Shown one piece after another: positions 30,271 to 39,817 of a DNA stretch of 64,000 nucleotides. Position 1 is the first letter of the stretch, and each line of letters begins with the position of its first letter. The stretch lies in IMG/VR virus record IMGVR_UViG_3300037424_000564, positions 141,057 to 205,056 of that record, one strand, 5' to 3'. A model generated the notes under the pieces. That model saw nothing but the letters and a program-made list of their open reading frames with translations. It was not told the DNA's origin and did not search any database. The stretch is from a virus. Its lineage: Duplodnaviria > Caudoviricetes. Both the position numbers and the translations under genes were made by a program.

Positions 30271-31048
30271 ATTTCATACTTTCTTTCCATTTATTAAATT
30301 TTTTATTGATTTCGTTTAGTGAAGGTGATAAATATCCTGTTGAATAATTTCCATGTGAACAGAAATATGAAGGTTCGTATCCCATCATATCAGCAATATG
30401 ACTGAAATCTCGTTCAAAAAAATATCTATCGGAATATTCATTTATGTTCGTTGTGAAAAATGAATCATCTACATTACTTATAAATCTTTTGAGTATGTGA
30501 TTTTTGAGTATGAAGAAAGTATTAATATAATAATATTCCATGACTGGATATTTTAATATATCATCTGATATAAATCTACGCATTGAAGACATTTTGCCGA
30601 TATCGTTGCCGATATTAGTACATGTTAAGAAAGGTGCATAAGATCCTACTTTTTCATCTGCTAGACTTTCTTTTATTAAAGTACCATCAAATAGTAATTT
30701 AAACATATGTTGACGTAATTGATCATTATTTGATGTAATGCCTTTTGTGTGACAGAAATAGCATCTATCAAAATTCATATCAGATTCTTTATATAGTTCT
30801 AATGCAGCAATAAATGAGGATGCATCAGAATCTATCATCATTTCTGGTGTAACTCTTCTGGTTTTAATTTTGAGATTACCTTTAGATTTACGAATGAATT
30901 CTTCTGTTTCAGGGATTGAATTTGATTGGATTCCGATGAATACTGTTTGTCCAGTTTCTTTTCGACTTAAGTATTCTAGAATTTCTTTGAGGACATATCT
31001 TTTTTTGATGCTTGGTAGATAACAAGCTAATAATATACAATTATTCAT
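30257..31048 (-). CDS. RgpF-like (rhamnan synthesis F) glycan-related protein
   Basis: CYFCHTKG motif, YYINTFF, RYFFERDF; located among glycosyltransferases. Confidence 0.55.
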   Translation of the reverse strand: MNNCILLACYLPSIKKRYVLKEILEYLSRKETGQTVFIGIQSNSIPETEEFIRKSKGNLKIKTRRVTPEMMIDSDASSFIAALELYKESDMNFDRCYFCHTKGITSNNDQLRQHMFKLLFDGTLIKESLADEKVGSYAPFLTCTNIGNDIGKMSSMRRFISDDILKYPVMEYYYINTFFILKNHILKRFISNVDDSFFTTNINEYSDRYFFERDFSHIADMMGYEPSYFCSHGNYSTGYLSPSLNEINKKFNKWKESMKYENR

Positions 31049-31884
31049 TATTTCATCCATCTATATTTAAAATCTTTAGCAGTAGATGATTTTAAATATG
31101 TAAACTTGACATCAGATTTGTATTTTTCAATATTTTCCATTAATTTAGGAACATTTTTTTCGCGGAAAGAATCTTTGAAATCTCTATATTCCTTTTCATT
31201 AACTTCTTCCATTCCATCAGAAGCTTTAAATCCCGGTTGAGTTGTGTCAATAATAGCCGCTTTACCAGCAGGAAGATGGAAGAAAGCATCTTCGTCTTCC
31301 ATATATGCGTTATGCTTGCCTCTGACAGCTAATCTGATATAATAGTCAGCATCCTCTTCCCCATAAGTTTGATAACTATTTTCATTAAAATATCCAATCA
31401 AATTCTCTATATAATCAGATATTAAAACACAAGCACCACCTATATTTCCACCTTTAACTCTCATGTTAATATCGTTGTCAGAAAAATTAATAGGATAAGA
31501 TACTGGTTCGACATTATACCCAATTGTACCAAACTTTGGATATTTTTGTAGGAAAAGCACCATATCATCTAACCATCCAACTTTTTGTGCAACCATATCA
31601 TTATCAAGTTTTAAGAAATATTTTGCGTTTGGTTCTTTTGTCCATGCAGCATTAGCACCTTTGGCAACACCAACATTTTTAGGATTTAGACAAAGATTGT
31701 CAATTAGATTTGATTCTTTGAGGGATTTGAGATATTCAGCAGAACCATCAGTAGATCCTTGATCTATGACAGTAATTTTGAAAGGATATTTCCCTTTTGT
31801 TTGATGGATAGCTTCAATGCATTGTTTGGTATAATTTAATCTATTAAATGATAAAATACCAATATTCACGAATTCTTTTTTCAT
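31048..31884 (-). CDS. Glycosyltransferase family 2
   Basis: ILSFNRLNYT, VIDQGSTDGS, NVGVAKGAN, LKLDND, YGEEDADY. Confidence 0.88.
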   Translation of the reverse strand: MKKEFVNIGILSFNRLNYTKQCIEAIHQTKGKYPFKITVIDQGSTDGSAEYLKSLKESNLIDNLCLNPKNVGVAKGANAAWTKEPNAKYFLKLDNDMVAQKVGWLDDMVLFLQKYPKFGTIGYNVEPVSYPINFSDNDINMRVKGGNIGGACVLISDYIENLIGYFNENSYQTYGEEDADYYIRLAVRGKHNAYMEDEDAFFHLPAGKAAIIDTTQPGFKASDGMEEVNEKEYRDFKDSFREKNVPKLMENIEKYKSDVKFTYLKSSTAKDFKYRWMK

Positions 31885-31897
31885 TAATTGATTCCTT

Positions 31898-32089
31898 TTA
31901 CGCAGATTCCCATGGTTCTGCTAATAGTAATGATGATGCGTGTATCCACATTCCTTCAGATTTGTTGTTAATATAACACGATGGATTATCACAAATCATA
32001 AAATAATTTGATGTTGCTATAATCTTTTCAGATTTTGCCATTAATCCAAGATTACACATTGGGCATTTATATATAAAATCTTCGTGCAT
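31898..32089 (-). CDS. Small zinc-ribbon protein
   Basis: MHEDFIYKCPMC...CDNPSC. Confidence 0.55.
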   Translation of the reverse strand: MHEDFIYKCPMCNLGLMAKSEKIIATSNYFMICDNPSCYINNKSEGMWIHASSLLLAEPWESA

Positions 32090-32102
32090 TTTTTGTTTTC
32101 TT

Positions 32103-32600
32103 TCAAGGAGTAAATTCATATAAGTAAATATCAACATTATGACGTTGTGATATTTTTTCAATTATCCCATATACAGTAGACCAGTCACCATTAGCTAGAC
32201 CGCATCCAACTAGATAAGGCATTCCAATTTTATTTCCTTTTTCGGGGAAATCAGTAATAAGAAATTTAATATTGATAATGCAATCATTAAGTCCTCGTTC
32301 AAAAGCAGCATAATCGGTATACACTACATTTGGATCAGCCCCGTAGTAAAATTGACCATACATATTAAAAATATATTTTTCTAAATTATTGTTTAACATG
32401 TGAGTATCTAATGCAAAGCTATAAGATCCCAATTTACATTTAGGTGTTCTTACATCTTTAATAAAAGATTCATATGCTCTTGGGTAAATTTTTCTAATTT
32501 GTCCAGCAATACCACTACCAAATCCACCGTGACAATTACTTTGATGGATTATATATCTACAATCAGATATTAATAAATTTCCTTGTATATGATGAATCAT
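32103..32600 (-). CDS. Macrodomain (ADP-ribose hydrolase/binding) protein
   Basis: IIHQSNCHGGFGSGIAGQIRKIYP, NMYGQ, MPYLVGCGLANGDW. Confidence 0.88.
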   Translation of the reverse strand: MIHHIQGNLLISDCRYIIHQSNCHGGFGSGIAGQIRKIYPRAYESFIKDVRTPKCKLGSYSFALDTHMLNNNLEKYIFNMYGQFYYGADPNVVYTDYAAFERGLNDCIINIKFLITDFPEKGNKIGMPYLVGCGLANGDWSTVYGIIEKISQRHNVDIYLYEFTP

Positions 32601-32602
32601 AT

Positions 32603-33028
32603 TTAATCCTTATAGTTATTTTTCTTATAAACTTTACGCATACGATATTCAAAATATCGACCATATCTACCAAGGATAACTGCCATTTGTTCAGGAGTTA
32701 ATTCTTTCATTTGGGTAATACCTGACATATAATACATTCGAAGACCTTCTAAACCAGTTCTGAATTTAGGCTTTCGTAGTAAATTATATGTCAATCTCAT
32801 TCGTTCTTTTTTCCTACCAACTGTATTAGTTTTCTTCATTACATCCATAATATTTTCGTAAAGTTCGATTCTATGCGGTTTGGCTATCCAGTGCATATTA
32901 AGTCCTAGAATGGAATCTGGTCTTATATCTATTATAAAAATTAAAGGAGTTTTGTCATAGACAGGTAATGTACCTTCTCCTATAGCTTTATATCTGAAAC
33001 TATATACTTTATTATAATCAATTTTCAT
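32603..33028 (-). CDS. DNA end protector (gp2)-like paralog
   Basis: YSFRY...LPVYDKTPLIF...LGLNMHWI...R. Confidence 0.7.
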   Translation of the reverse strand: MKIDYNKVYSFRYKAIGEGTLPVYDKTPLIFIIDIRPDSILGLNMHWIAKPHRIELYENIMDVMKKTNTVGRKKERMRLTYNLLRKPKFRTGLEGLRMYYMSGITQMKELTPEQMAVILGRYGRYFEYRMRKVYKKNNYKD

Positions 33029-33212
33029 TTTCCATCTTTTCAATTAATTGAATTATCACTTCTTTATTGAATCCATCTTCTTCTTTTGCTTGATACAGCA
33101 GATTAAGAATAGCATCCTTCTCGGAAGGACCAAACCCAGAAATATTAGGAATCTTATCAACAAATGCGATATATTCGTTGTCTTCAAAATCGTAAGCTAC
33201 TTTTACTCGCAT
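33018..33212 (-). CDS. HicB-like antitoxin-fold protein
   Basis: YDFEDNEYIAFVDKIPNISGFGPSEKDAILNL. Confidence 0.65.
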   Translation of the reverse strand: MRVKVAYDFEDNEYIAFVDKIPNISGFGPSEKDAILNLLYQAKEEDGFNKEVIIQLIEKMENEN

Positions 33213-33239
33213 AATACCTCAATTATTTAGATGATGTTA

Positions 33240-33298
33240 AAACAGAAAAGATAACATCTTTTCTGTTTCTATAACAAAAATACTATTATAATAGTATT
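33240..33298. promoter_or_regulatory. Hairpin plus 20-bp palindrome upstream of the HicB-like gene
   Basis: AAACAGAAAAGAT-aac-ATCTTTTCTGTTT (33240-33268); AATACTATTATAATAGTATT (33279-33298). Confidence 0.5.
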
Positions 33299-33349
33299 AA
33301 TATTTAATAAGTGTACAACTCATATAAAATACTATTATACCGGCATTAA

Positions 33350-33607
33350 TCATTTAAAAAAATCTTTACTTTGAGTAAATTTGATAACTTGTTTTGCGGA
33401 TACTGATACAGCTTCGCCAGTTTTAGGATTTCGTGCCATACGAGCAGGTTTATTTTTAACAACAAAAGAACCTAGACCGGCAATACGTAATCGTTCACCT
33501 GACTCAATCCTATCAACAATTCCTTGAATTACACTCTCAACAACTTCCTTGCCTAATTTTTTAGTTAGGTTATACTCAGTTGCTACTCTTTCAATTACTT
33601 CTTTCAT
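33350..33607 (-). CDS. hup: HU/IHF histone-like DNA-binding protein
   Basis: LRIAGLGSFVVKNKPARMARNPKTGEAVSVSAKQVIKF. Confidence 0.93.
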   Translation of the reverse strand: MKEVIERVATEYNLTKKLGKEVVESVIQGIVDRIESGERLRIAGLGSFVVKNKPARMARNPKTGEAVSVSAKQVIKFTQSKDFFK

Positions 33608-33628
33608 TATAGTTCTCCTTTTGGTTTC

Positions 33629-33877
33629 TTATTTATCCATATTTACAGTAAAACATCTATCTTCAATATCCCTGATGATTTTTCTCAAACTTTCTTTGTT
33701 TGTCTCAATATCACATGCATTTAAATTATGATATCCTTCAAACATAAAATCAAATCCTTTTCTCACATGATAATCAAAAATTATAGTTGCATCACTATCA
33801 AACGTGACATTAAAAATGAAGGCATAGCAAGTATATTCTTCGATTATGTGTTTTATTTTGAATAAGTAGTCTAGCAT
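33629..33877 (-). CDS. Hypothetical protein
   Basis: 82 aa ORF behind TTGACA-17-TATATT (33901-33929). Confidence 0.65.
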   Translation of the reverse strand: MLDYLFKIKHIIEEYTCYAFIFNVTFDSDATIIFDYHVRKGFDFMFEGYHNLNACDIETNKESLRKIIRDIEDRCFTVNMDK

Positions 33878-33925
33878 AAAAATTCCTTATGGTTAATGAC
33901 AATATAACATAATATGATATTAATG

Positions 33926-34096
33926 TCAATTAAACTCAATATTATTTTTATATTTCATATCACGGAAGTCGCCTCTTTTTTCCTTGCGCCCTTCAGCATC
34001 TTTCATAATGCGATTGGCAGGGATGGCACTACGCCCACGAACTGTTTTAAATAGGGCATTTGTGTCAATTTTTTTAGGTGAAGATTTCTTACTCAT
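33926..34096 (-). CDS. Small basic hypothetical protein (56 aa)
   Basis: MSKKSSPKKIDTNALFKTVRGRSAIPANRIMKDAEGRKEKRGDF...; AAAGG site and its own TTGACA-17-TATAAA promoter (34122-34150). Confidence 0.55.
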   Translation of the reverse strand: MSKKSSPKKIDTNALFKTVRGRSAIPANRIMKDAEGRKEKRGDFRDMKYKNNIEFN

Positions 34097-34154
34097 TATG
34101 ATTACCTTTCGTTTATATTATTTTATATCCTAGTTTAAATAAAATGTCAAATAA

Positions 34155-34182
34155 AAAAGGACTAGATTTCTCTAGTCCTTTT
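34155..34182 (-). terminator. Intrinsic terminator after the major capsid gene
   Basis: AAAAGGACTAGA-tttc-TCTAGTCCTTTT. Confidence 0.85.
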
Positions 34183-34211
34183 CTTTTAACTTTTTATCTA
34201 TTTAACTTAAA

Positions 34212-35645
34212 TTACCAAGATTGACCAAAGTTATAACCACCACCGAAAGAAGAACCAGTGAAGTCAACAAGGAATTTACGATAGTAGTTTTGAACTCCGT
34301 ACATATTTCCGGCGATTGCATCTCTAGTCATGAAACCAATTTTTGGTTGGAAAGTAACTGGATCAACAACTTTTTGCATTTGTAGAGGAACATATGGGCA
34401 GTAGATGATACCTGAGTCATAAGTATTGCTACCTTTGTAACCAAGAGTTACATAATCAGTAAATGCAAATGTATCCATGTAAACAGTGAAACGACCGTCT
34501 AGAGTACCAACTTTAGCTACACCTAGAACTGGTTTAACTTGACCGGGAACAGAAGCATACATGAAACCTTGAAGAGTTTCAAGAGCCGCAACGACATTAG
34601 ATGAAGCAACAATGAAGTTAGCAGAACCACGGCGAGTTGAAAGAGCAATTTGGTTTGCTTCACGAAGAAGACGATTGTATAGGGTACGGATTTTCTCTGC
34701 TTCCCAACGACCATCAGGAGTAGTACCAGTAGCTGAATAAGTTACTAGACCAGCACCACCATAAGACCAAGTAGGAGTTACAGTAGCTTTAGCATTCATA
34801 AGGTCAATAAGTTCACGGTCAAGTTCAGCACCGATCTCATATTCCATGATGTTGATTAGTTCTTTCTCAGCATCAAGTCCATGAATGTTTTTTAAATCTT
34901 GTGCCATTTCTAGGGTGTATTCAGCTTTCAAACGACGAGTTTGAGCTTCTACACTAGCACGTTCAATTTTTAGGTTGAGGTTTTTGATATTAGCGCCAGC
35001 AGTTTCACCAGCAGCAGTGGTCCAAGTAGTAGCACCAGCATTACCAGCATATCCTTTGAAGATTAGGTTGAAACCTGCTTCATTTTGGAATCCAGCAACA
35101 GTAGAAGTAGCTGAGAAACCAGTACCAGTTACAACACCACCAGCAGTTACCGCAGTAATAGCATCAGCACCTGAACTAAAAGATACTAGAGTACGACCAG
35201 CTTCTGAATACTTAACAGTACCAGATACACCGTTTGCAACAATAATTGAAGAAACAGTAGGGAATGCAGTAAGATCAGCTAGGATAAGTCCAACGTCAGT
35301 GAATACAGCACCACCAGTAGTCAAGCCACGGTTGAATGCACCACGATCAGTAGGAGTTTGACCAGTACCATCGCCATATACATAACGTAGAGCGTATGCG
35401 TAACCAGTAGGTTGTTTAAGAGCTTGAACGCCAACTAGTTCATTAGCTAGAAGGTTAGGGAAAATACGACGAACGGCTGGAACGAGAATAGGGGTATATT
35501 GAGCGATATCAGATGCAACACTGCTCTCATTCATGCTTACTTCTTGGTTTTCAAGAAGTTGAGCCATAACTTCTTTGGCTTGTACTAAAGGAGCCTTGTC
35601 GCTCTCAATTAATTCTGCCCATTTTTCTACGAGAATATTACTCAT
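34212..35645 (-). CDS. gp23: Major capsid protein (T4 gp23)
   Basis: LANELVGVQAL..PTG, AQTRRLKAEYTLEMAQDLKNIHGLDAE, GIIYCPYVPL, FQPKIGFMTR. Confidence 0.97.
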   Translation of the reverse strand: MSNILVEKWAELIESDKAPLVQAKEVMAQLLENQEVSMNESSVASDIAQYTPILVPAVRRIFPNLLANELVGVQALKQPTGYAYALRYVYGDGTGQTPTDRGAFNRGLTTGGAVFTDVGLILADLTAFPTVSSIIVANGVSGTVKYSEAGRTLVSFSSGADAITAVTAGGVVTGTGFSATSTVAGFQNEAGFNLIFKGYAGNAGATTWTTAAGETAGANIKNLNLKIERASVEAQTRRLKAEYTLEMAQDLKNIHGLDAEKELINIMEYEIGAELDRELIDLMNAKATVTPTWSYGGAGLVTYSATGTTPDGRWEAEKIRTLYNRLLREANQIALSTRRGSANFIVASSNVVAALETLQGFMYASVPGQVKPVLGVAKVGTLDGRFTVYMDTFAFTDYVTLGYKGSNTYDSGIIYCPYVPLQMQKVVDPVTFQPKIGFMTRDAIAGNMYGVQNYYRKFLVDFTGSSFGGGYNFGQSW

Positions 35646-35667
35646 TTATTTTGTCTCCTTTATAAAT

Positions 35668-36351
35668 TTATTTTAATTGTGAAAGATACTGTTTCATGGT
35701 ATCTGTATGTTTTTTATCTTCAACGATTACAGTTTCTTTTTTTTCTTCAAGCTTTTCTTCAAGCTTTTCTACAGTAGTTTGAATTTTGGTAACAAAAATA
35801 TCTAGTTTTGATTCAAACAATTCTTCGTCAAAATCAACAGTTTTTGCCATTTCAACAAGTTTTTCACGTTCTACATCAGTTGCAAGTTTTTCACATGCTT
35901 CAGAAATCATAGCTGCTTTTTTTACTAGTTGAGTTTCTTTACGAGATTCAATAAGTTTATTTACCAAAGTAGTGTTTTCTGTTTTCAATTCTTCAATTTC
36001 ATCTTCTGAACTAATTGACTCGTCATTTAGAGAAATATTGAAAGCTTCTACCATTTGTTGAAAGTTACGAAGTACTTTTTCTGCTAGTTTAACTTTAGCG
36101 AAATCTTCAACTACTTGCTCATTTTCTTTGATGTACTCTTTGCAGAAATAATCAATATAGCTATCAACTTGTTCTACTAGATCTTCTTTGAACTCAGTAA
36201 TTTCAGTGCGATTTGATTCTTCTAATTCCTTTTCCTTACTCTTGATTGCTTCATTAATAGCTGATTCAAATAAAGTAGACATTTGAAGTTTTACTTCATC
36301 AGTAAGTAGTTCAGACTCAATAGATTCAAATAATTCTTTGAGTTGTTCCAT
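35668..36351 (-). CDS. gp22: Prohead core scaffold (T4 gp22)
   Basis: Acidic coiled coil between gp21 and gp23; LVEQVDSYIDY. Confidence 0.88.
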   Translation of the reverse strand: MEQLKELFESIESELLTDEVKLQMSTLFESAINEAIKSKEKELEESNRTEITEFKEDLVEQVDSYIDYFCKEYIKENEQVVEDFAKVKLAEKVLRNFQQMVEAFNISLNDESISSEDEIEELKTENTTLVNKLIESRKETQLVKKAAMISEACEKLATDVEREKLVEMAKTVDFDEELFESKLDIFVTKIQTTVEKLEEKLEEKKETVIVEDKKHTDTMKQYLSQLK

Positions 36352-36468
36352 AGTTTATCCTTTCTTGTGAATTAATAATTATCTGATATTATTTAGTAAC
36401 TTACATCAGTTATGCCATTCACAACAAATATAAGTAATTGAATTAACTAAACAATATCTAAATATTTG

Positions 36469-37152
36469 TTATTTAATCTTTGCATTAATTTTTTCTAGAT
36501 TATCTTTAAATAGTTTTAGAAATGCAGCCTGTCGATCTTCAATAGAAAATTTATTCTCTATTACAATAGTATCAATATCTTTTTTTGTTTTTTCTATATC
36601 TTGTTCTGATAAAATACCATCGACCATAACCCATTCTTTGCCTTCAGTAATACCATCAACCCAACAACCGGGACCAGAAGGATCTGAAACAATATCAACA
36701 CAAATAAGACGATAATCTTGTTGAACAACGCCATTCTTTAAAGAACCAACACCACGACTTGAAACTCCTAATTTGACACCACTTTCCATTAAAGATTTAG
36801 CAATCTTTCCACAAGGAGTATCTAGGATCTGTGCCTTGCCAATAGCAGTATTACCATTCATTGATAATTCTTTGATTAAATGTGAAACTCTATCAAGATT
36901 AATCTCTGAAGATGGAGGATGACCCAATTCTCCTAATGCACGATTCTCTTTAATTTTCGTATTAATATGTGCAGCTACTTCTTTCTCAATAATAGCTCTA
37001 GGATAAATACGTTTATTCCCATTCATAACTTCTGACTGTAAAAATGGTCCTTTGATGTAAAAGTTTTTAACTTTAGCCATTCCTTCTTGGACTTCGATGA
37101 TTTCAGACTCCATAAGAGCTAAATCAATTTCTTCAATAATAAGTTCTGCCAT
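36469..37152 (-). CDS. gp21: Prohead protease (T4 gp21)
   Basis: GPFLQSEVMNGNKRIYP, ALGELGHP, INLDRVSH, LGVSSRGVGSL, DIVSDPS. Confidence 0.95.
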   Translation of the reverse strand: MAELIIEEIDLALMESEIIEVQEGMAKVKNFYIKGPFLQSEVMNGNKRIYPRAIIEKEVAAHINTKIKENRALGELGHPPSSEINLDRVSHLIKELSMNGNTAIGKAQILDTPCGKIAKSLMESGVKLGVSSRGVGSLKNGVVQQDYRLICVDIVSDPSGPGCWVDGITEGKEWVMVDGILSEQDIEKTKKDIDTIVIENKFSIEDRQAAFLKLFKDNLEKINAKIK

Positions 37153-37154
37153 AA

Positions 37155-37319
37155 TTATTCTTCCTTATTAAATGCATTCTTTTGTAAAAAATCATTAAAA
37201 CCAGATAAATAATTCTTCATCTTAGTTTCAAATTCACCACTAATTGCTTTTTCAAATTCTTTGTAATCTTTTTTAGCGGCTGCTGTGATAGAACTTTCAA
37301 TTGTATTTTCGTTTGTCAT
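37155..37319 (-). CDS. Small prohead core protein (gp67-like)
   Basis: 54 aa MTNENTIESSITAAAKKDYKEFEKAISGEFETKM...; directly upstream of gp21. Confidence 0.55.
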   Translation of the reverse strand: MTNENTIESSITAAAKKDYKEFEKAISGEFETKMKNYLSGFNDFLQKNAFNKEE

Positions 37320-37341
37320 TTTTATTTCTCCTTACTTCTAT

Positions 37342-38043
37342 TTAGTAAATAATTGTATCTTTATTTGCCATATCTAATGATAATGTTATTTTTTTCATAT
37401 ATGCTTCTTTTCTGTAATACAAAGAATATCTATATGTGTTAGTACGCATAACTAATTGTGTTGCTTCCTGTATAGTTATTTCATGCTCATTGTTATTTAT
37501 ATCTTTAATTTTAATTAAAAATGTAATATTACCACCACCTGCTCCACCAGATATAATAGGTGTAGACAACATGGTATCAATATTTTTTTGTAATGTAGAA
37601 GTATATTCTTCACTACATTCAACTGTATATCCAAATCCAGTATCAAATCCTAATGACATATACTCGTTATATTTAATATCAGAAATTGTATTAAGCTCAT
37701 TAATATTATTGATATAAAACTCATATATCATTCTTTTTTTATTCCATGCTGACCAAAAATATCTCTTCATTTCTAGAGCTAGTAGTTGTGCTTCTTGAAT
37801 TGTAAGTGGATGACTAATATTATCTTTATCTCTAACTGATACCATTGTTTGATCATTACCACCAGCCCCTCCTAATTCTTCAGGAGTATTTAAGAAAATA
37901 TTAAGTCCATCTTCCATCATTTCATAATCAGCTTTGTCACATTGCATAATAAATCCTGATTGTGTAGAATACCCATTAGAAATAATGGTTTTGTAATATC
38001 TATTTGATATTTCTGTTGCTTTTGTTAATATTTTATCATTCAT
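37342..38043 (-). CDS. Internally duplicated DUF4376-like fiber-associated protein
   Basis: Two halves each with GF/Y...GGAGG...xKDxxNxxHxxTIQEA. Confidence 0.5.
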   Translation of the reverse strand: MNDKILTKATEISNRYYKTIISNGYSTQSGFIMQCDKADYEMMEDGLNIFLNTPEELGGAGGNDQTMVSVRDKDNISHPLTIQEAQLLALEMKRYFWSAWNKKRMIYEFYINNINELNTISDIKYNEYMSLGFDTGFGYTVECSEEYTSTLQKNIDTMLSTPIISGGAGGGNITFLIKIKDINNNEHEITIQEATQLVMRTNTYRYSLYYRKEAYMKKITLSLDMANKDTIIY

Positions 38044-38052
38044 ATTTTATCC

Positions 38053-39798
38053 TTAGAAATTAATTGCTTTTGGTATATTAATTAACGGTACTGTTGGTTT
38101 AATTCTAACAGCTACTTCTATCATTCCACCTAATGTACTTAGATCAGGTGGCACCCCTGTCATACCTGCTGTATAAGATGTTATAGCAATAGAAGATATT
38201 ATAATTTTTTGTGCTGATTGTAATATATCGGTGTATATGTTGGGTATCTGTAACTGATTGTAATTATTATAATAACCATATGCATTATTATGATATTCAC
38301 CACCACTAGTCATAATTGTTAAATAAATTTCTCCTTTGATAATGTTATATGATAATATTTCATTAAATGTCACTATATCATTAAATGCATCAAATGGCGT
38401 ATGTCCTGCATATGTTAATTTTTTTAGAAACATGTCAGATAAAATTGTTATTGTATTACCATTGTTTACAACATATGGTGCTTTAGTGGTAGGATCTACT
38501 AAATGAGAATCAATTATAATACATTGACTTCTATCTATCATAAAATAGTCGTTATTCCATCCCCAGAGTTGACCATTACAAGATTGGATAGCACCAGAAT
38601 CCTCGGAATTCAAATTAAAAAAATGATAAGGAAATATAGGAGTATTATTATTACTATCGAGTAGTTCATTAAATGGTGTATTTAATGTATAAGATTCAAA
38701 TAAATTACTGTTAGCATCAACACAATTAATATATTTATTTGTAGTGCTTTCTATGAGTAAGTCATCAGTTGTATAGTAAGTGAATCTACAATTATTATAT
38801 TCAGTGTTTGTATATAAATTAATAACATCTGTTAAAATACAATTAGTAAATATAACACCATCAGCAACGTTAATACGACATAGAGTTGAATTTAACACAA
38901 TTGTCATAGGAGCTAAATAGAATGGATCACCGTTATGTAATTGATTTACGTTGGTTATTAACCAACGTAGACCTACATAATCATAAACAAACCTACCTAC
39001 TCCAAAACCATCATCATGAAAATCCAAATCAATATTCTTAAATGTTGCATTTATTAATATCGATGAATAATCCTCATATGTAATGCAATCATATTGAGGA
39101 TAGTCGGTTAGTGTTTGTTGAATAGTCAAATTATGCATATTAAAATTTGTGAATGGTTCTGATAACAGAGTATTAACACCATTTGCATTTGTAAACTTTT
39201 CCCCAAGATATCCACTTTGACAATATATAATAGCATTTCCTGATAGAATAGAATTACCACTAAGCTCTACACTCTTGATTTGAGAAGGAACAGATTCGCT
39301 ACCATTAAGTAGAATATAATATTCCATCAAATCTGATTCTGCTGCCAATGCATTAAAGGCATCATACATTTCAATAGAATCTTCCCATTCGAAATATATA
39401 TAATCAGTACCTGTAGTTATGTATGGTACACCATCAGGAAAATTTATAATATCAGAATCTAAAAACAAAAATGAATAATCAGAAAAGTCTAGTTTTGTTT
39501 TTTGTGTATTACCGCCACATATAACAATTGGGGTACTAGCATTCATTTCATCAGCGTCAAATATGATATTATCAGTTAATGTATGAGTACCTTCATCTAG
39601 GTAAAGTTTATATTTACCAGCAGAAACAGCTTCATTTAATGTTAGATAATCTCCGCTACCAGTAGGACTAATTAAAACAAATCCATTAGGTGCATTGCCA
39701 GAAGGTAGAGCATCAATAAGGTCAGTAAAATCTTGTTGAGTTGGTTTATCGCCAGTTTCGAATTTAGTTTTTAAGTATTCTTTTATTTCAGTTGCCAT
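38053..39798 (-). CDS. Putative virion fiber/spike protein (beta-helix-like)
   Basis: LKTKFETGDKPTQQDFTDLID anchor; GSGDYLTLNEAV pectate-lyase-like start. Confidence 0.55.
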   Translation of the reverse strand: MATEIKEYLKTKFETGDKPTQQDFTDLIDALPSGNAPNGFVLISPTGSGDYLTLNEAVSAGKYKLYLDEGTHTLTDNIIFDADEMNASTPIVICGGNTQKTKLDFSDYSFLFLDSDIINFPDGVPYITTGTDYIYFEWEDSIEMYDAFNALAAESDLMEYYILLNGSESVPSQIKSVELSGNSILSGNAIIYCQSGYLGEKFTNANGVNTLLSEPFTNFNMHNLTIQQTLTDYPQYDCITYEDYSSILINATFKNIDLDFHDDGFGVGRFVYDYVGLRWLITNVNQLHNGDPFYLAPMTIVLNSTLCRINVADGVIFTNCILTDVINLYTNTEYNNCRFTYYTTDDLLIESTTNKYINCVDANSNLFESYTLNTPFNELLDSNNNTPIFPYHFFNLNSEDSGAIQSCNGQLWGWNNDYFMIDRSQCIIIDSHLVDPTTKAPYVVNNGNTITILSDMFLKKLTYAGHTPFDAFNDIVTFNEILSYNIIKGEIYLTIMTSGGEYHNNAYGYYNNYNQLQIPNIYTDILQSAQKIIISSIAITSYTAGMTGVPPDLSTLGGMIEVAVRIKPTVPLINIPKAINF

Positions 39799-39817
39799 TT
39801 ATATATCCTTTATATTA

